Made by a program: the position numbers and the translations under genes. Shown here one piece after another: positions 10,207 to 20,063 of a stretch of 64,000 nt of DNA; within the stretch, counting starts at the first letter, position 1; each line of letters starts with the position of its first letter. A model generated the notes under the pieces. The model saw nothing but the letters and a program-made list of their open reading frames with translations. It ran no database searches and was not told the DNA's origin. The stretch comes from Patescibacteria group bacterium (lineage in GTDB: Bacteria > Patescibacteriota > Patescibacteriia > 2-12-FULL-60-25): NCBI GenBank assembly GCA_046350895.1, contig JAXLZL010000004.1, forward strand, positions 8,056-72,055. Direction: 5' to 3'.

Positions 10207-10235
10207 ATAATATCAGGTTTTCCTGATTTTGTCAA
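10207..10235 (-). promoter_or_regulatory. Near-consensus sigma-70-type promoter (orphan)
   Basis: Minus strand TTGACA(10235-10230)-17 nt-TATTAT(10212-10207). Confidence 0.55.
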
Positions 10236-10270
10236 GATCATGGTGGACATAACATCGCGGACAAACAGAG

Positions 10271-10292
10271 AAGAAGGCGTCAACGCCTTCTT
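10271..10292 (-). terminator. Intrinsic terminator after 10293..11006
   Basis: AAGAAGGCG-TCAA-CGCCTTCTT stem-loop directly after the TGA stop; T-rich tail on minus strand. Confidence 0.6.
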
Positions 10293-11006
10293 TCAGTAAT
10301 TCCTCCAGAGGTGCGTGCCAGACACATCATAGTCCAACCAGACACCTGTATATATATGATATGGGTCCGGAGGATCGACGTAATTTCTTGCAGAGATCGG
10401 ATCCATCACACCTGATCTTATGGATACGTCTGCCATGAAAAACCGTTTGAAGGCATCCTCGCGCAGAACGATGCGGACCGTTCCTCTAGGTGCGGATTGA
10501 AAAGATATTCTCGTTTCATCGGCTGTGCGCTGAGACCAATCCTCGCCACATCGTCCCGACGTGCCGCCGAATGTCTGGGCGTACCCATCACGATAGAGAA
10601 CAATCAAGCAACTGTGTCGTCGCGGATGCATCGCCTCGCGTCTCCACTGAGGACAAACAAGGGTATACGGGTTAAACACCTCGCCGTGCGAAGCGTCAGA
10701 CAAATAATACCGATAACGCAGACCTGTTTTCTTTTCCATCCGGGTCAGTGAATGCTCGATATTGTCCAGTACTCGTTCGCTTAAGTCGACATCAGTCTCG
10801 TTGTAGACTGATCTTGAACAGTCATGAGTGCGCGCTACCAGCTCTTCAGAGTACCAGAACCAAGTAGTGGGCAGTGGCCCCGACATAATCTTCGTAGGTA
10901 CAGGCTCATAAGGCGGCATGCACGAATCTGGCGCAGGGCCGGCCTCAGCTCGTACCGTTATCAAACAGACGAACAAGACACAGAAAGTGAGAAAAAAAGT
11001 ACGCAT
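10293..11006 (-). CDS. Hypothetical secreted protein (237 aa)
   Basis: N-terminal signal peptide MRTFFLTFCVLFVCLITVRAEA; several Cys; no recognised domain. Confidence 0.6.
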   Translation of the reverse strand: MRTFFLTFCVLFVCLITVRAEAGPAPDSCMPPYEPVPTKIMSGPLPTTWFWYSEELVARTHDCSRSVYNETDVDLSERVLDNIEHSLTRMEKKTGLRYRYYLSDASHGEVFNPYTLVCPQWRREAMHPRRHSCLIVLYRDGYAQTFGGTSGRCGEDWSQRTADETRISFQSAPRGTVRIVLREDAFKRFFMADVSIRSGVMDPISARNYVDPPDPYHIYTGVWLDYDVSGTHLWRNY

Positions 11007-11127
11007 TTACCACCTCCATCTTTGTAGAAATGCCGTTTCAGACTAAAAGAAGTTACGATTACGGTCAAAAAGCAATTGTAATTTGATATAAAAAACCAAA
11101 ACCCCCGCTTTCGCAGGGGTATTTGAA

Positions 11128-11203
<76 letters not shown>

Positions 11204-11285
11204 GTATGGATGCGCGGTAGTATACTAAATGAGGCTAAAAAAGCAAGACAAACAATAAAACGCCCCTTAAGGCGTTTTCAGCATT

Positions 11286-12236
11286 TTAGAAGGCGAGGTG
11301 ACCGGGCTTGGTCGTGATCGCCTTGATATCCCGCACATAGAGGACGCTATGATCCTGTTTGACCATGGCGCTGTGACAGACGAGCTCTAGCGATCTCACC
11401 GTATGGCGACCGTCGAGCACAGGCACATGCCTGACGCCCATATCAGCCACTTGAGATGAGAGCAGATGGACTCTGCTACCCCTCTGCACGTCGGGCCAGA
11501 GCCTGGCATGAGCCAAACCCTCCGACAACGTTGCGGAGCGGTAACCGTTACTAATCCCCCATCTCATCGCATCATTCTGTGACACCGTCGAGCCAAATTT
11601 TTTCAACAGACACGGAATCACGCCAATGCGGGACTTCGGACAGTATTGGTCCTCTTTACCGAGGCGAAATTCATTGGTGACAGGCCAGCCTTTTTGCAAA
11701 CGCCAATCGATAAAATCGAAAGCATCCGCAAGTGACTTGGCGCTGCCATCCCAAGGCTTCGTATGATCGAGCCAGTATTCGCCGTCGCTCAAGGTTTCTT
11801 CTCGCCTATAAAGCGAGACCATGCGATGGGCAGCGGTACTGGCGCGTCGCGCATTGACGAGGTGCAAAAGCCTGCAAATCGGCTTCTTCGTCTCACAACA
11901 TGCCCGAAAGAGCCGCTCGAAGAACCATGCCTCGAGAACATACGAGTTCTTGGCCGTGACATGCGAAGGATAAACGATGAGCCGTGCCCGGTCCGATTCA
12001 GGGACCGTATCCAGGCCTCGAGCAATCTCATCCTCCAACGGATCCTGCCAAGAACAGATATCCTCAGCAATGACACGCATGGCATCCGGCCTCGATACCA
12101 TCCAGTTCATGACGGCGAACGGATTATCGATAGCGGCAAGCGCCTCATTCAGCCGATACAGACACACCGCGTGCCGATCCAGAGCCTCGATCATGCGTAC
12201 TCCTGTTGGTTCAAGGTCCTGCTTAGCACTTATCAC
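11286..12236 (-). CDS. Hypothetical protein (316 aa); C-terminal region paralogous to 25696..26221
   Basis: ORF track; no family recognised with confidence; shares the pattern NG[YW]xxxxLSExL..D[VI]xRxS..L..Q with the 25.7-26.2 kb gene. Confidence 0.55.
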   Translation of the reverse strand: MISAKQDLEPTGVRMIEALDRHAVCLYRLNEALAAIDNPFAVMNWMVSRPDAMRVIAEDICSWQDPLEDEIARGLDTVPESDRARLIVYPSHVTAKNSYVLEAWFFERLFRACCETKKPICRLLHLVNARRASTAAHRMVSLYRREETLSDGEYWLDHTKPWDGSAKSLADAFDFIDWRLQKGWPVTNEFRLGKEDQYCPKSRIGVIPCLLKKFGSTVSQNDAMRWGISNGYRSATLSEGLAHARLWPDVQRGSRVHLLSSQVADMGVRHVPVLDGRHTVRSLELVCHSAMVKQDHSVLYVRDIKAITTKPGHLAF

Positions 12237-13582
12237 ATTTTGTTATTACGTGCAATATACTCACCTACATCGAACTTGCGTTCACAGCCATTGCGGTTCA
12301 TATAGCGCACGCGTCCAAAAACCTTGCGTCTCGACCAGGGCCGGTCATGAACGCCACCCATCGACCAAGCGATGCCGGCATAACCGTTCGGGTCACGGCC
12401 ATCGAGCTCATAGCGGTCATTTAGCACGATGGCGATCTTCATCGCTTCTTCTACAGATTCACTCCACTCTAAAATCTTCTTCGCCCAATACATACGCATG
12501 TAACCATGCATTTTGCCATGTTTCACCATCTCAAGCTGGGCGGCATTCCACAAACCATCATGCGTTTTGGCGGATTCAAATTGTTTGAACGTATTGACGA
12601 ATTCGCGTTTGTCTTTACGATGCTTGGCAATATCCTCTTTTGCCCAATCAGGAAAACATCCAACCGTGTCATAGTCATCAGGGTGGTAATAGCAAAAATT
12701 ATCTGATAATTCACGGCGAATGATGAGCTCTTCTAGATAAGCCTCTTTATCCTTGGACGGAGCCGCCGCCTTCATTACTTCAAAGGCCGCCCGTTGCGGG
12801 CTCAGCATGCCATAATGAAAATACGGTGAGAGGTCTGACTGGGCTTGGGCATTTGGGTCATTGCGCCCTTCGTCATAGCCGTTCAATTCATGTTGGATAA
12901 ATCCTCGCAAAGCCCTCTGCGCCGCCTTCTCGCCTGCAAAAATCCAAGACACGGGTGCAATCTCACGACCTTTAAAGCCGCGTCGCAACGCATCCCACTT
13001 AATCACCGGTGACGTAATGGCAATCGGGTGTTTCTTCAGGATTGGAAAATCCGTCAAAAAAGCTTTGAGCAGCTTTTTGATTTTTGGGCGCAATGTATAA
13101 GCGCCATATTCGGCTTTGTCCGACGCTATCCAGCATGGCACGACATTATGCGCATCGACTTCGATAACGGGGATCCCAACCGCTTTTACCACCGACTTTA
13201 GCCATTTGCGCTGGATGCGCAGAGGCGAAAAATCCGTTACAAGTCCGCCAATCTTCTGTTTCTTGATCCATAGAACCAGGTCCTGCTCCGTCTTTGATCC
13301 AATGAGCAAAGAAAAGCCGATGCCCTTTTTCTGACAATCAACCGAGATCTCTTCGAGTGCAGCGAGCTTAAATTCAAACTGGCGACGGCCTCCGCCTAAA
13401 AAGGCCGGATCGAGATTATAAACCACCTGCAGGACAACGTTTTCACGCATGGCCCATTCTTGGGCGGCCAAGAGCGCCCAATTGTCTTCAAGGCGCATGT
13501 CACGGTTCATCCAATAGGCGATGGCGCCTTTTTGGTAAGGATGGTGGTTCAGGGTGCGCATGCGGCGCGGATCAACGCTCAT
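12233..13582 (-). CDS. phr: Deoxyribodipyrimidine (CPD) photolyase, class II type
   Basis: Start taken at MSVDPRR (ATG 13582). Long conserved blocks: YWMNRDMRLEDNWAL, VTDFSPLRI, EVDAHNVVPCW, THDGLWNAAQ, GKMHGYMRMYWAKKILEW, RDPNGYAGIAWS. Confidence 0.9.
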   Translation of the reverse strand: MSVDPRRMRTLNHHPYQKGAIAYWMNRDMRLEDNWALLAAQEWAMRENVVLQVVYNLDPAFLGGGRRQFEFKLAALEEISVDCQKKGIGFSLLIGSKTEQDLVLWIKKQKIGGLVTDFSPLRIQRKWLKSVVKAVGIPVIEVDAHNVVPCWIASDKAEYGAYTLRPKIKKLLKAFLTDFPILKKHPIAITSPVIKWDALRRGFKGREIAPVSWIFAGEKAAQRALRGFIQHELNGYDEGRNDPNAQAQSDLSPYFHYGMLSPQRAAFEVMKAAAPSKDKEAYLEELIIRRELSDNFCYYHPDDYDTVGCFPDWAKEDIAKHRKDKREFVNTFKQFESAKTHDGLWNAAQLEMVKHGKMHGYMRMYWAKKILEWSESVEEAMKIAIVLNDRYELDGRDPNGYAGIAWSMGGVHDRPWSRRKVFGRVRYMNRNGCERKFDVGEYIARNNKM

Positions 13583-13618
13583 AAGACAAAAGAATAACCG
13601 ACATGCTACGCTTTGGCC

Positions 13619-14449
13619 ATGCAACTCCCCCTTTGGCTCAAGGTGTCGCGACCGCGTTTTTGGATCTACTTGTTGGGACCTTTTTTGATCGGCTGCGCCA
13701 TGATCTACCGCCAAACCGGCACCGTCCCGTGGCAGCTATGGCCGTGGCTGCTGTATTTTACTTATCCTGCCAATATTTTTATCTACGGGTTTAACGATTG
13801 CTTTGATTACGAAACCGATGTCTTGAATGCCAAAAAACAAGGTTACGAGGCCTTGGTACCGCCAGACCGCCGCAACCTCATCGGCATCATGATAGCCGTA
13901 TCGCATGCGCCGTTTCTTTTTTTGGCGCCTTGGCTACCAAACAAGCCAACCGCCATTCTCCTTGGCTTTCTCTTTTTGGGGTTATTCTATTCATCCCCGC
14001 CGTTGCGTTTTAAGGTCCGACCTTTTTGGGACAGCCTTTCAAATGTCCTATATGCATTACCTGGGCTATTTGCCTACGCTTTGGGCGGCGGCACCGCCTG
14101 GAGCCCCGATGTACTTATTGCCGCCGGGCTCTGGTGCATGGCCATGCATGCCTATAGCGCAGCCCCAGACATCGCCGCTGACACGCAGGCCGGCCTGCAA
14201 ACGATTGCCACAAAACTGGGATGGAAGCGCACCGTGCTTTTCTGCCTCTTTCTCTATGCGGCTGCAGCCTTGCTCGTCATACCTCACTCGCCGCTCTTTG
14301 GCTTTGTTGCTGGCATCGCCTACGTCTTCATGATGGCAAAGAGCTATAAAGACGGCGAAGCAAAGCTCACCCAAAACTATCAGCACTTTCCAGCTATCAA
14401 CGCGCTGTTTGGGATGTTGTTGTTTTTTGCCGCCGCGTTCGTGCATTAA
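13619..14449 (+). CDS. UbiA-family membrane prenyltransferase; context suggests a carotenoid (lycopene-elongase-like) role
   Basis: About 8 hydrophobic helices; Asp-rich motif NDCFDYETD. Track start 13613 is TTG; the ATG at 13619 sits 6 nt after TACGCT (leaderless geometry). The specific function is inferred from neighbourhood only. Confidence 0.7.
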   Translation: MQLPLWLKVSRPRFWIYLLGPFLIGCAMIYRQTGTVPWQLWPWLLYFTYPANIFIYGFNDCFDYETDVLNAKKQGYEALVPPDRRNLIGIMIAVSHAPFLFLAPWLPNKPTAILLGFLFLGLFYSSPPLRFKVRPFWDSLSNVLYALPGLFAYALGGGTAWSPDVLIAAGLWCMAMHAYSAAPDIAADTQAGLQTIATKLGWKRTVLFCLFLYAAAALLVIPHSPLFGFVAGIAYVFMMAKSYKDGEAKLTQNYQHFPAINALFGMLLFFAAAFVH

Positions 14450-15968
14450 AGATTTGAGAGATCGGGCAATGCAGGCAATGCCTGCATTGTTTTGTTTTTC
14501 ATCAAACGCTTCACAATCAACTCGGCACTAATCAACACCATCGGCATGCCAATGCCCGGCTGTGCACCCGCCCCCACAAAAAAGAGATTGTCGATCTTTG
14601 GGTGCTTTGTCTTTGGACGGAACCAGGCCGTCTGAAACAAGGTATGCGCGAGACCGAGTGCCGTACCGCGATAGCTGTTATAGCGCTTTTCAAAATCTTG
14701 AATGCTGAAAAGCTCTTTGGCGACGATACAAGCGCCAAATCTCGTTCTCCCGTCTGCTCTTCGATCGTGGCGAGGATCTTTTTGAGATAGTCCTCGCGTA
14801 GCTGGGCAGAGTCATCGAGACCTGCGGCCACGGGTACAAGAATAAAAAGATTTTCATGGTCGGGCGGCGCCACGGAGTCATCAGTCTTTGATGGCGCGCA
14901 GACATAAAACGACGGATCGCTCGGCCACTGCGGCCGGTCAAAGATCTGGCGAAAATTCTCTTTCCAATCTTTGGCGAACACCAGGGTGTGGTGCTCTAGG
15001 CCGTTTACGCGACCCTTAATGCCGAGATACGCGATAAATGCCGATGGTGCCAAGACACGCTTCTTCCAGTAGGCGTCCGAGTGCACGCGCTGTTCTTGGC
15101 CAAGCAAGACGCGATCGGTCCATTCAAGGTCGGCATTTGAGACGACGACGTCAGCCTGAATCTCTTCGCCCGTCGACAAGCGAATGCCTGTTGCGACCGT
15201 GCTCTTGACCATGATTTTTTCTACATTCGCCTGCGTGTGATAGCTCACCCCATGCTTTGCGCCAATGGCAACCAGCGCCTTGGTGATTTCATAGATGCCA
15301 CCCTTTGGATAAAAAACGCCCAACTCGGTATCGATATGCGTCATCATACTGTAAATCGCCGGAGCATTAAACGGCGAATTGCCTAAAAAGACGAGCGGGT
15401 ACTGCAATAACTTCTGCACAAAAGGCGACGAGAACCATCGCTTAACGTATTTATCCATGGTCTGAAATACCGAAAGACGGCTCCCCTCAATCATCAATCT
15501 CGGCGTAAAAAAATCCAAAGGCGAGTCGATATTGCCATAAAGAAAATCCTTCTTCGAGACTTCGTATTGGTATTTCGAGCGTCGCAAATACTCGTCAAGC
15601 TTGGCCGCTGAACCGGCCTCAAGCGATTCATAAACAACTTTGTCTGCCGCCAATTCAGAGCGCAGATCAACCGGGCCTCTCGCCTCATCTTTAAAATAGA
15701 CGCGATACGAAGGGTCGAGTTTTACGAGATTAAGATAGTCTTCAATGTTTTCTCCCAGTAAATCAAACGTGCGCTGAAAGATGTCCGGCATCAAATACCA
15801 AGACGGACCCATGTCAAAACGAAAGCCGTCTTTTTCTAGCAGGCTCGCACGGCCGCCAAGCTGTTCATTTTTTTCGTAAACCGATACACGAAGCCCGGCT
15901 TTGGCCAGAAAAGCCGCGGTCGCCAGCCCACCAAGGCCAGAACCGACAATAATCACGTGTTTAGGCAT
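14446..15968 (-). pseudogene. crtI: Phytoene desaturase (CrtI family), frame-disrupted near 14722-14740
   Basis: N-terminal FAD fold VIIVGSGLGGLATA in ORF 14532..15968. The conserved C-terminus (RYNSYRGTALGLAHTLFQTAWFRP..NLFFVGAGAQPGIGMPMV) is in another frame (ORF 14446..14640 and upstream). Confidence 0.85.
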
Positions 15969-16848
15969 AAAGCATGGATAACGGGATTGTTTTTATCTTT
16001 TCTCTAAGTGTCGTGCTCGCACGTTTGGTGAAAACGTCATAACCGTTCTGCTCGATCTTTAGCAGGATGAAGCGGTAAAGATCACTGGCCAACCGCACCG
16101 GCAATCGTCCCCCGTGATTTAAAAGCGCGATACCCTTATTCGCCTCTTCATAGAGCGCATGAATGCGTGCCATCTGCCATTTCATCATTTCAATGAATGC
16201 CGGGGTCACCTCGCCCTTGGCAATATCCTCGTCAGACAAGCCAAACCGAGCCAACTCATCTTTCGGTAGATAGATACGGCCACGTTCACGATAATCTTCA
16301 CCGATATCACGTAAAAAATTCGTGAGTTGCATTGCTTCACCCAGGGCTGACGCGCAACGAGTCACTTCGTCCGTTGACGCCTCTTTCTGCCAACCGATGA
16401 CATGGGTCATCATCAAGCCGACAACGACGGCCGAACCATGCATGTATTGCCGTAACTCCTCGTAATTCGCATACCGCGTCTTCACCAAGTCCTGCTTCAT
16501 GGCTGTCAAAAAGTCGGTGGCAAGCTGTTCTGGGATCTCATACCGGCTAAAGACATCCTTGGCCGCCATGAGGACAGGATCAGAGGTCTTAGCCCCGCCC
16601 AATACCGACTTCCACTCGTTTTCCCAACGGTCTAACTTCATGACAGCGTCCTCAGGCGAATTGCCATCCACCATCTCATCAGGCAAACGAAAAAAGGCAT
16701 ACAAGGCATTAACGGCTTTGCGGCGTTTCTTCTCAAAAAACAGGGTGGCAAAATAATAGCTTTTTCCATATCGCTTCTGGATGCGCGCGCATTCGCGATA
16801 GGCTTGTTCGAGCGTCATATCAGCTGATGCGTGAACAGATTTTTTCAT
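15961..16848 (-). CDS. crtB: Phytoene synthase
   Basis: Start taken at MKKSVHAS; squalene/phytoene synthase blocks (YYFATLFF, YMHGSAVVVGLMM, LRDIGEDYRERGRIYLP). Confidence 0.9.
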   Translation of the reverse strand: MKKSVHASADMTLEQAYRECARIQKRYGKSYYFATLFFEKKRRKAVNALYAFFRLPDEMVDGNSPEDAVMKLDRWENEWKSVLGGAKTSDPVLMAAKDVFSRYEIPEQLATDFLTAMKQDLVKTRYANYEELRQYMHGSAVVVGLMMTHVIGWQKEASTDEVTRCASALGEAMQLTNFLRDIGEDYRERGRIYLPKDELARFGLSDEDIAKGEVTPAFIEMMKWQMARIHALYEEANKGIALLNHGGRLPVRLASDLYRFILLKIEQNGYDVFTKRASTTLREKIKTIPLSMLYA

Positions 16849-17885
16849 AGAGGGCCAAAAAGCCCGCTTGTTCTTTGGCCTTAAAACCACTTTTCTTGAT
16901 GGCTTGTTCGGCTTTTTTAAAATAGCCGTTCATGGTTTTACTCACTTGCTCAAAGGCGCCGCTCTGCTCAAAAAGCGCATGGACTTCTCGCGCCTGCTTT
17001 TCGTCCACCATCGATCGCCAGAGCTTTTTTAAAGCGGCTTTTTGCTTGGGACCGCCATGCGTATGAATGAACTGCGTGAACATGGTGTGCTGGCCGTCGC
17101 GCAAATCAGAAAATGGCTGCTTGCCAAGGTCTTTAGCCGTACCCGTCAGATCTAGCAGGTCATCTTGAATTTGAAAGGCGATGCCAAGCGGTCGGCCAAA
17201 CGCTTCGGCAAAACCGAGATGCGCCTTAGGCGAACCGGCCAATGCCCACCCCATGCGCAATGGCTGCACAAAGGTATAACCCGCCGTTTTCATTGAGGTT
17301 TTCTTTAAGACTTGTTTGTCATTAACGCTTAGGCGCGTCATGCCATCGATATCGAGCATTTGCCCAAGCATGACCTCTTGGTTCATCTCGGTATAAAATC
17401 CGCTGGAGGGCGAACAGAACGCGCTTGTCCAATCTTGGCTGATCAAAAAAACATTCGTTCGCCCAGACAAAAAGCATGTCGCCGACTAAAATGGCATGAG
17501 ACTCCCCTATGTGCGCCGTATCGCCAATACGGGACTCTTTTTTAAATAGCGTTTTGGCATATTCATGCAAGGTCGGCATGCCATGACGATCGGTACCCAT
17601 GTCCATCACATCATCATGCATCAAGGCGAATGCATGAAAAAGCTCGATGCCAAGCAAAACCCTCCACACCGAAGGACTCATCTTGCCTCCACAAGACTCA
17701 TACATTAACGCGGCAATATACGGACGTACGCGTTTACCGCCATGCATCACGATGGTTTTTGCATGGGCAAATAGTCGGTTTAACGTGACATCATCAGCCT
17801 GACGCTTTACGCTCTTTAGTTTTGCATCCAAAAAACGCTCAAGCTCAGCATCAAAAACCGTTTTGAATTGGTGCAGTGAATGCAT
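16820..17885 (-). pseudogene. crtE: Polyprenyl (geranylgeranyl) diphosphate synthase, frame-disrupted at an A7 run
   Basis: The first Asp-rich motif LMHDDVMD is in ORF 17322..17885. The second, QIQDDLLD, is in ORF 16820..17470. The frames join at homopolymer 17445-17451. Confidence 0.85.
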
Positions 17886-17889
17886 AATA

Positions 17890-18935
17890 TTACAAAATGC
17901 CGTCGATACGGTCAGCGAGTGATTCTCCCCCGTCGGTTGTCATTACGTTGTCATAATGGGAGACGAGTTTCTTTGCCTCTTCAGGATGTTGAACCATGGC
18001 TAATGCGCAGGCATGCAACATGGCGGCAAAACCCTCGGTGCGCTGATCAAGCACAATCGCCGCATCAGCCTTAGCAAAGGCTTGGGCATTTGCTTCTTGG
18101 TGTGAACCCGGGATAGGCACAATGATGCACGGCTTTTGCAAAGCAACGATTTCAGACAAAGAACCGAGACCAGCGCGTGTGATGACAACGTCTGCAGCCG
18201 CATAAGCGGCACGCATGCGCTCAGCGTCCAAAAACTCATACGAAGAATCGGCCGCCTTTTTGCCTTTACCTGACACATGAATGACCTGCATGTCTTTAAA
18301 CCAAGCATCCTGTTTTGTCAGAAACGCTTCATTCAAAGCTTGGGCACCCGTACCTCCACCCATGATAAGGACGATCGGCTTGGCCGCATCCAAACCGAAG
18401 ACATTTGCCCCCTCTGCGCGTGTCATGACTTCACCGACAAAACGCACTGGCGTTGCAATGCGGTGCACATGCTTAACGCCGGCAAATGGCGAGGTAGCAT
18501 AGGCAAACGACGTTGTTACCGATGTTGCCAATGGTGCAATCAGTTTATTCGTCAGACCAGGCTCAACATCAAGCTGGTGCATCATGACTGATACCAAGCG
18601 TTTTGCGGAAATGAAACGGGAAACGCCGTAAAACCACCTGCTCCAATCACCGCATCAGGACGTTCTTGTTCTAACAAACGCTTGGCTTCGACAAAGGCGC
18701 GATAGAGATCGAGAGGCCATGTTAGCCACTGCTTTGAAGGGTAACGCGGTAATTTTGCCGCAGGAATGGCATGAAATGGGACATGAAAAACCTCGATAAC
18801 GGCTTTTTCTGGGCCATATTCGGTACCAAACCAGCAAAACGACGCATCTGCGTGTTTGGCTTTGAGCGACTGGTAGACAGCGATGAGTGGTGTTACCGGA
18901 CCCATGGTCCCCCCTCCAACAAAGGCGTATTTCAT
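17890..18935 (-). CDS. murG: MurG (UDP-GlcNAc:lipid I transferase), frame-disrupted near 18600-18615 in this assembly
   Basis: N-terminal part MKYAFVGGGTMGPVTPL.. is in ORF 18582..19073. The remainder (..SAKRLVSVMMHQLDVEPGLTNK.., GGGTGAQALN) is in ORF 17890..18597. The halves are in different frames. Confidence 0.85.
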
Positions 18936-20058
18936 AGTCGTTTGAGCGTGGCGCTTCTTGGCAGGGATGCTACCAGACCAATGGCAGCAAGCAAAACGGT
19001 CAAAGAGGTGCCTCCGTAAGAGATGAACGGCAAGGTCACACCCGTCATCGGCATGAGTCCAAGCATCGAACAAATATTAATGATGGTTTGCAATGCTATC
19101 CAAATGCCAACGCCGGCAGAGAGGTATTTTGCGAATCCGTCAGTCGATTGTCTCGCGATCTGAAAGCACCTCCAAACCAAGACGCCAATCACCGCCAAAA
19201 TCAAACTACACAAAATAAGTCCAAGTTCTTCGGCCATGACGGCAAAAATAGAATCGGATTCAACGGCGGGAAGATACAAATATTTTTGTCGAGACTTGCC
19301 GTATCCGAGTCCGAACCAACTCCCTGAACCAATGGCAAGCATTGCCTGATTGATATGATAACCAATGCCTGCGGATCGAGTTCAGGGGTAAAAAAGGTCA
19401 TGAAACGGGCGGCGCGATAATCAGAAAATTTAATCAGCAAACCGATCATGGTCACACCGGCAGTACCGAGCGCTGCAAACCACCACAAGGGCGCACCCGA
19501 CAATAAATACATCAAACCGGTCATACCAGCGATGACGGTCATCGAACCCGTATCTGGCTCAGCGATTAATAAGACAACAATGATGCCAAGCGAGCCCAAA
19601 AACGGTAGCAGTCCTTCATGCATGTCTTTGACTTGTTGCGGCGTGCGCGATGAGAGCCAAGCAGCAAAATACATGAGCAGACCGAACTTCACGAACTCAG
19701 ACGGCTGAAACTGGATACCGGCGATATTCAACCAGCTGAGCGAACCGCCCACGCGCACACCGATGCCCGGCACATACACCAACAACAATAAAAAGACGCT
19801 GCCAAAAAAACCAAACACGGCCAGCTTCTTCCACACGCGGTAATCAATGAGTGAAAACAATAAAAACGCCACGACCCCGGGGAACAGCCCCAAAAGCAAT
19901 TGGCGCTTTACCATGAACAAACTGTCTTGGGTGCGCTGAAAAGCAATAGGACCCGTGGCCGACATGAGCATCGCCAAACCAACAACCACCAAAAACGCCG
20001 TCGCTCCGACAATGATCGGGTCAAGCGATTTGAGGCGGTCGATGAGCGAAGTGCGCAT
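18932..20058 (-). CDS. ftsW: FtsW/RodA (SEDS) family protein, frame-disrupted near 19365-19375 in this assembly
   Basis: ORF 19201..20058 holds the N-terminal TM bundle. ORF 18932..19342 has MLAIGSGSWFGLGYGKS..LPFISYGGTS. The alternate frame gives GIGYHINQAMLAIGSG across the junction. Confidence 0.85.
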
Positions 20059-20063
20059 GTAAA

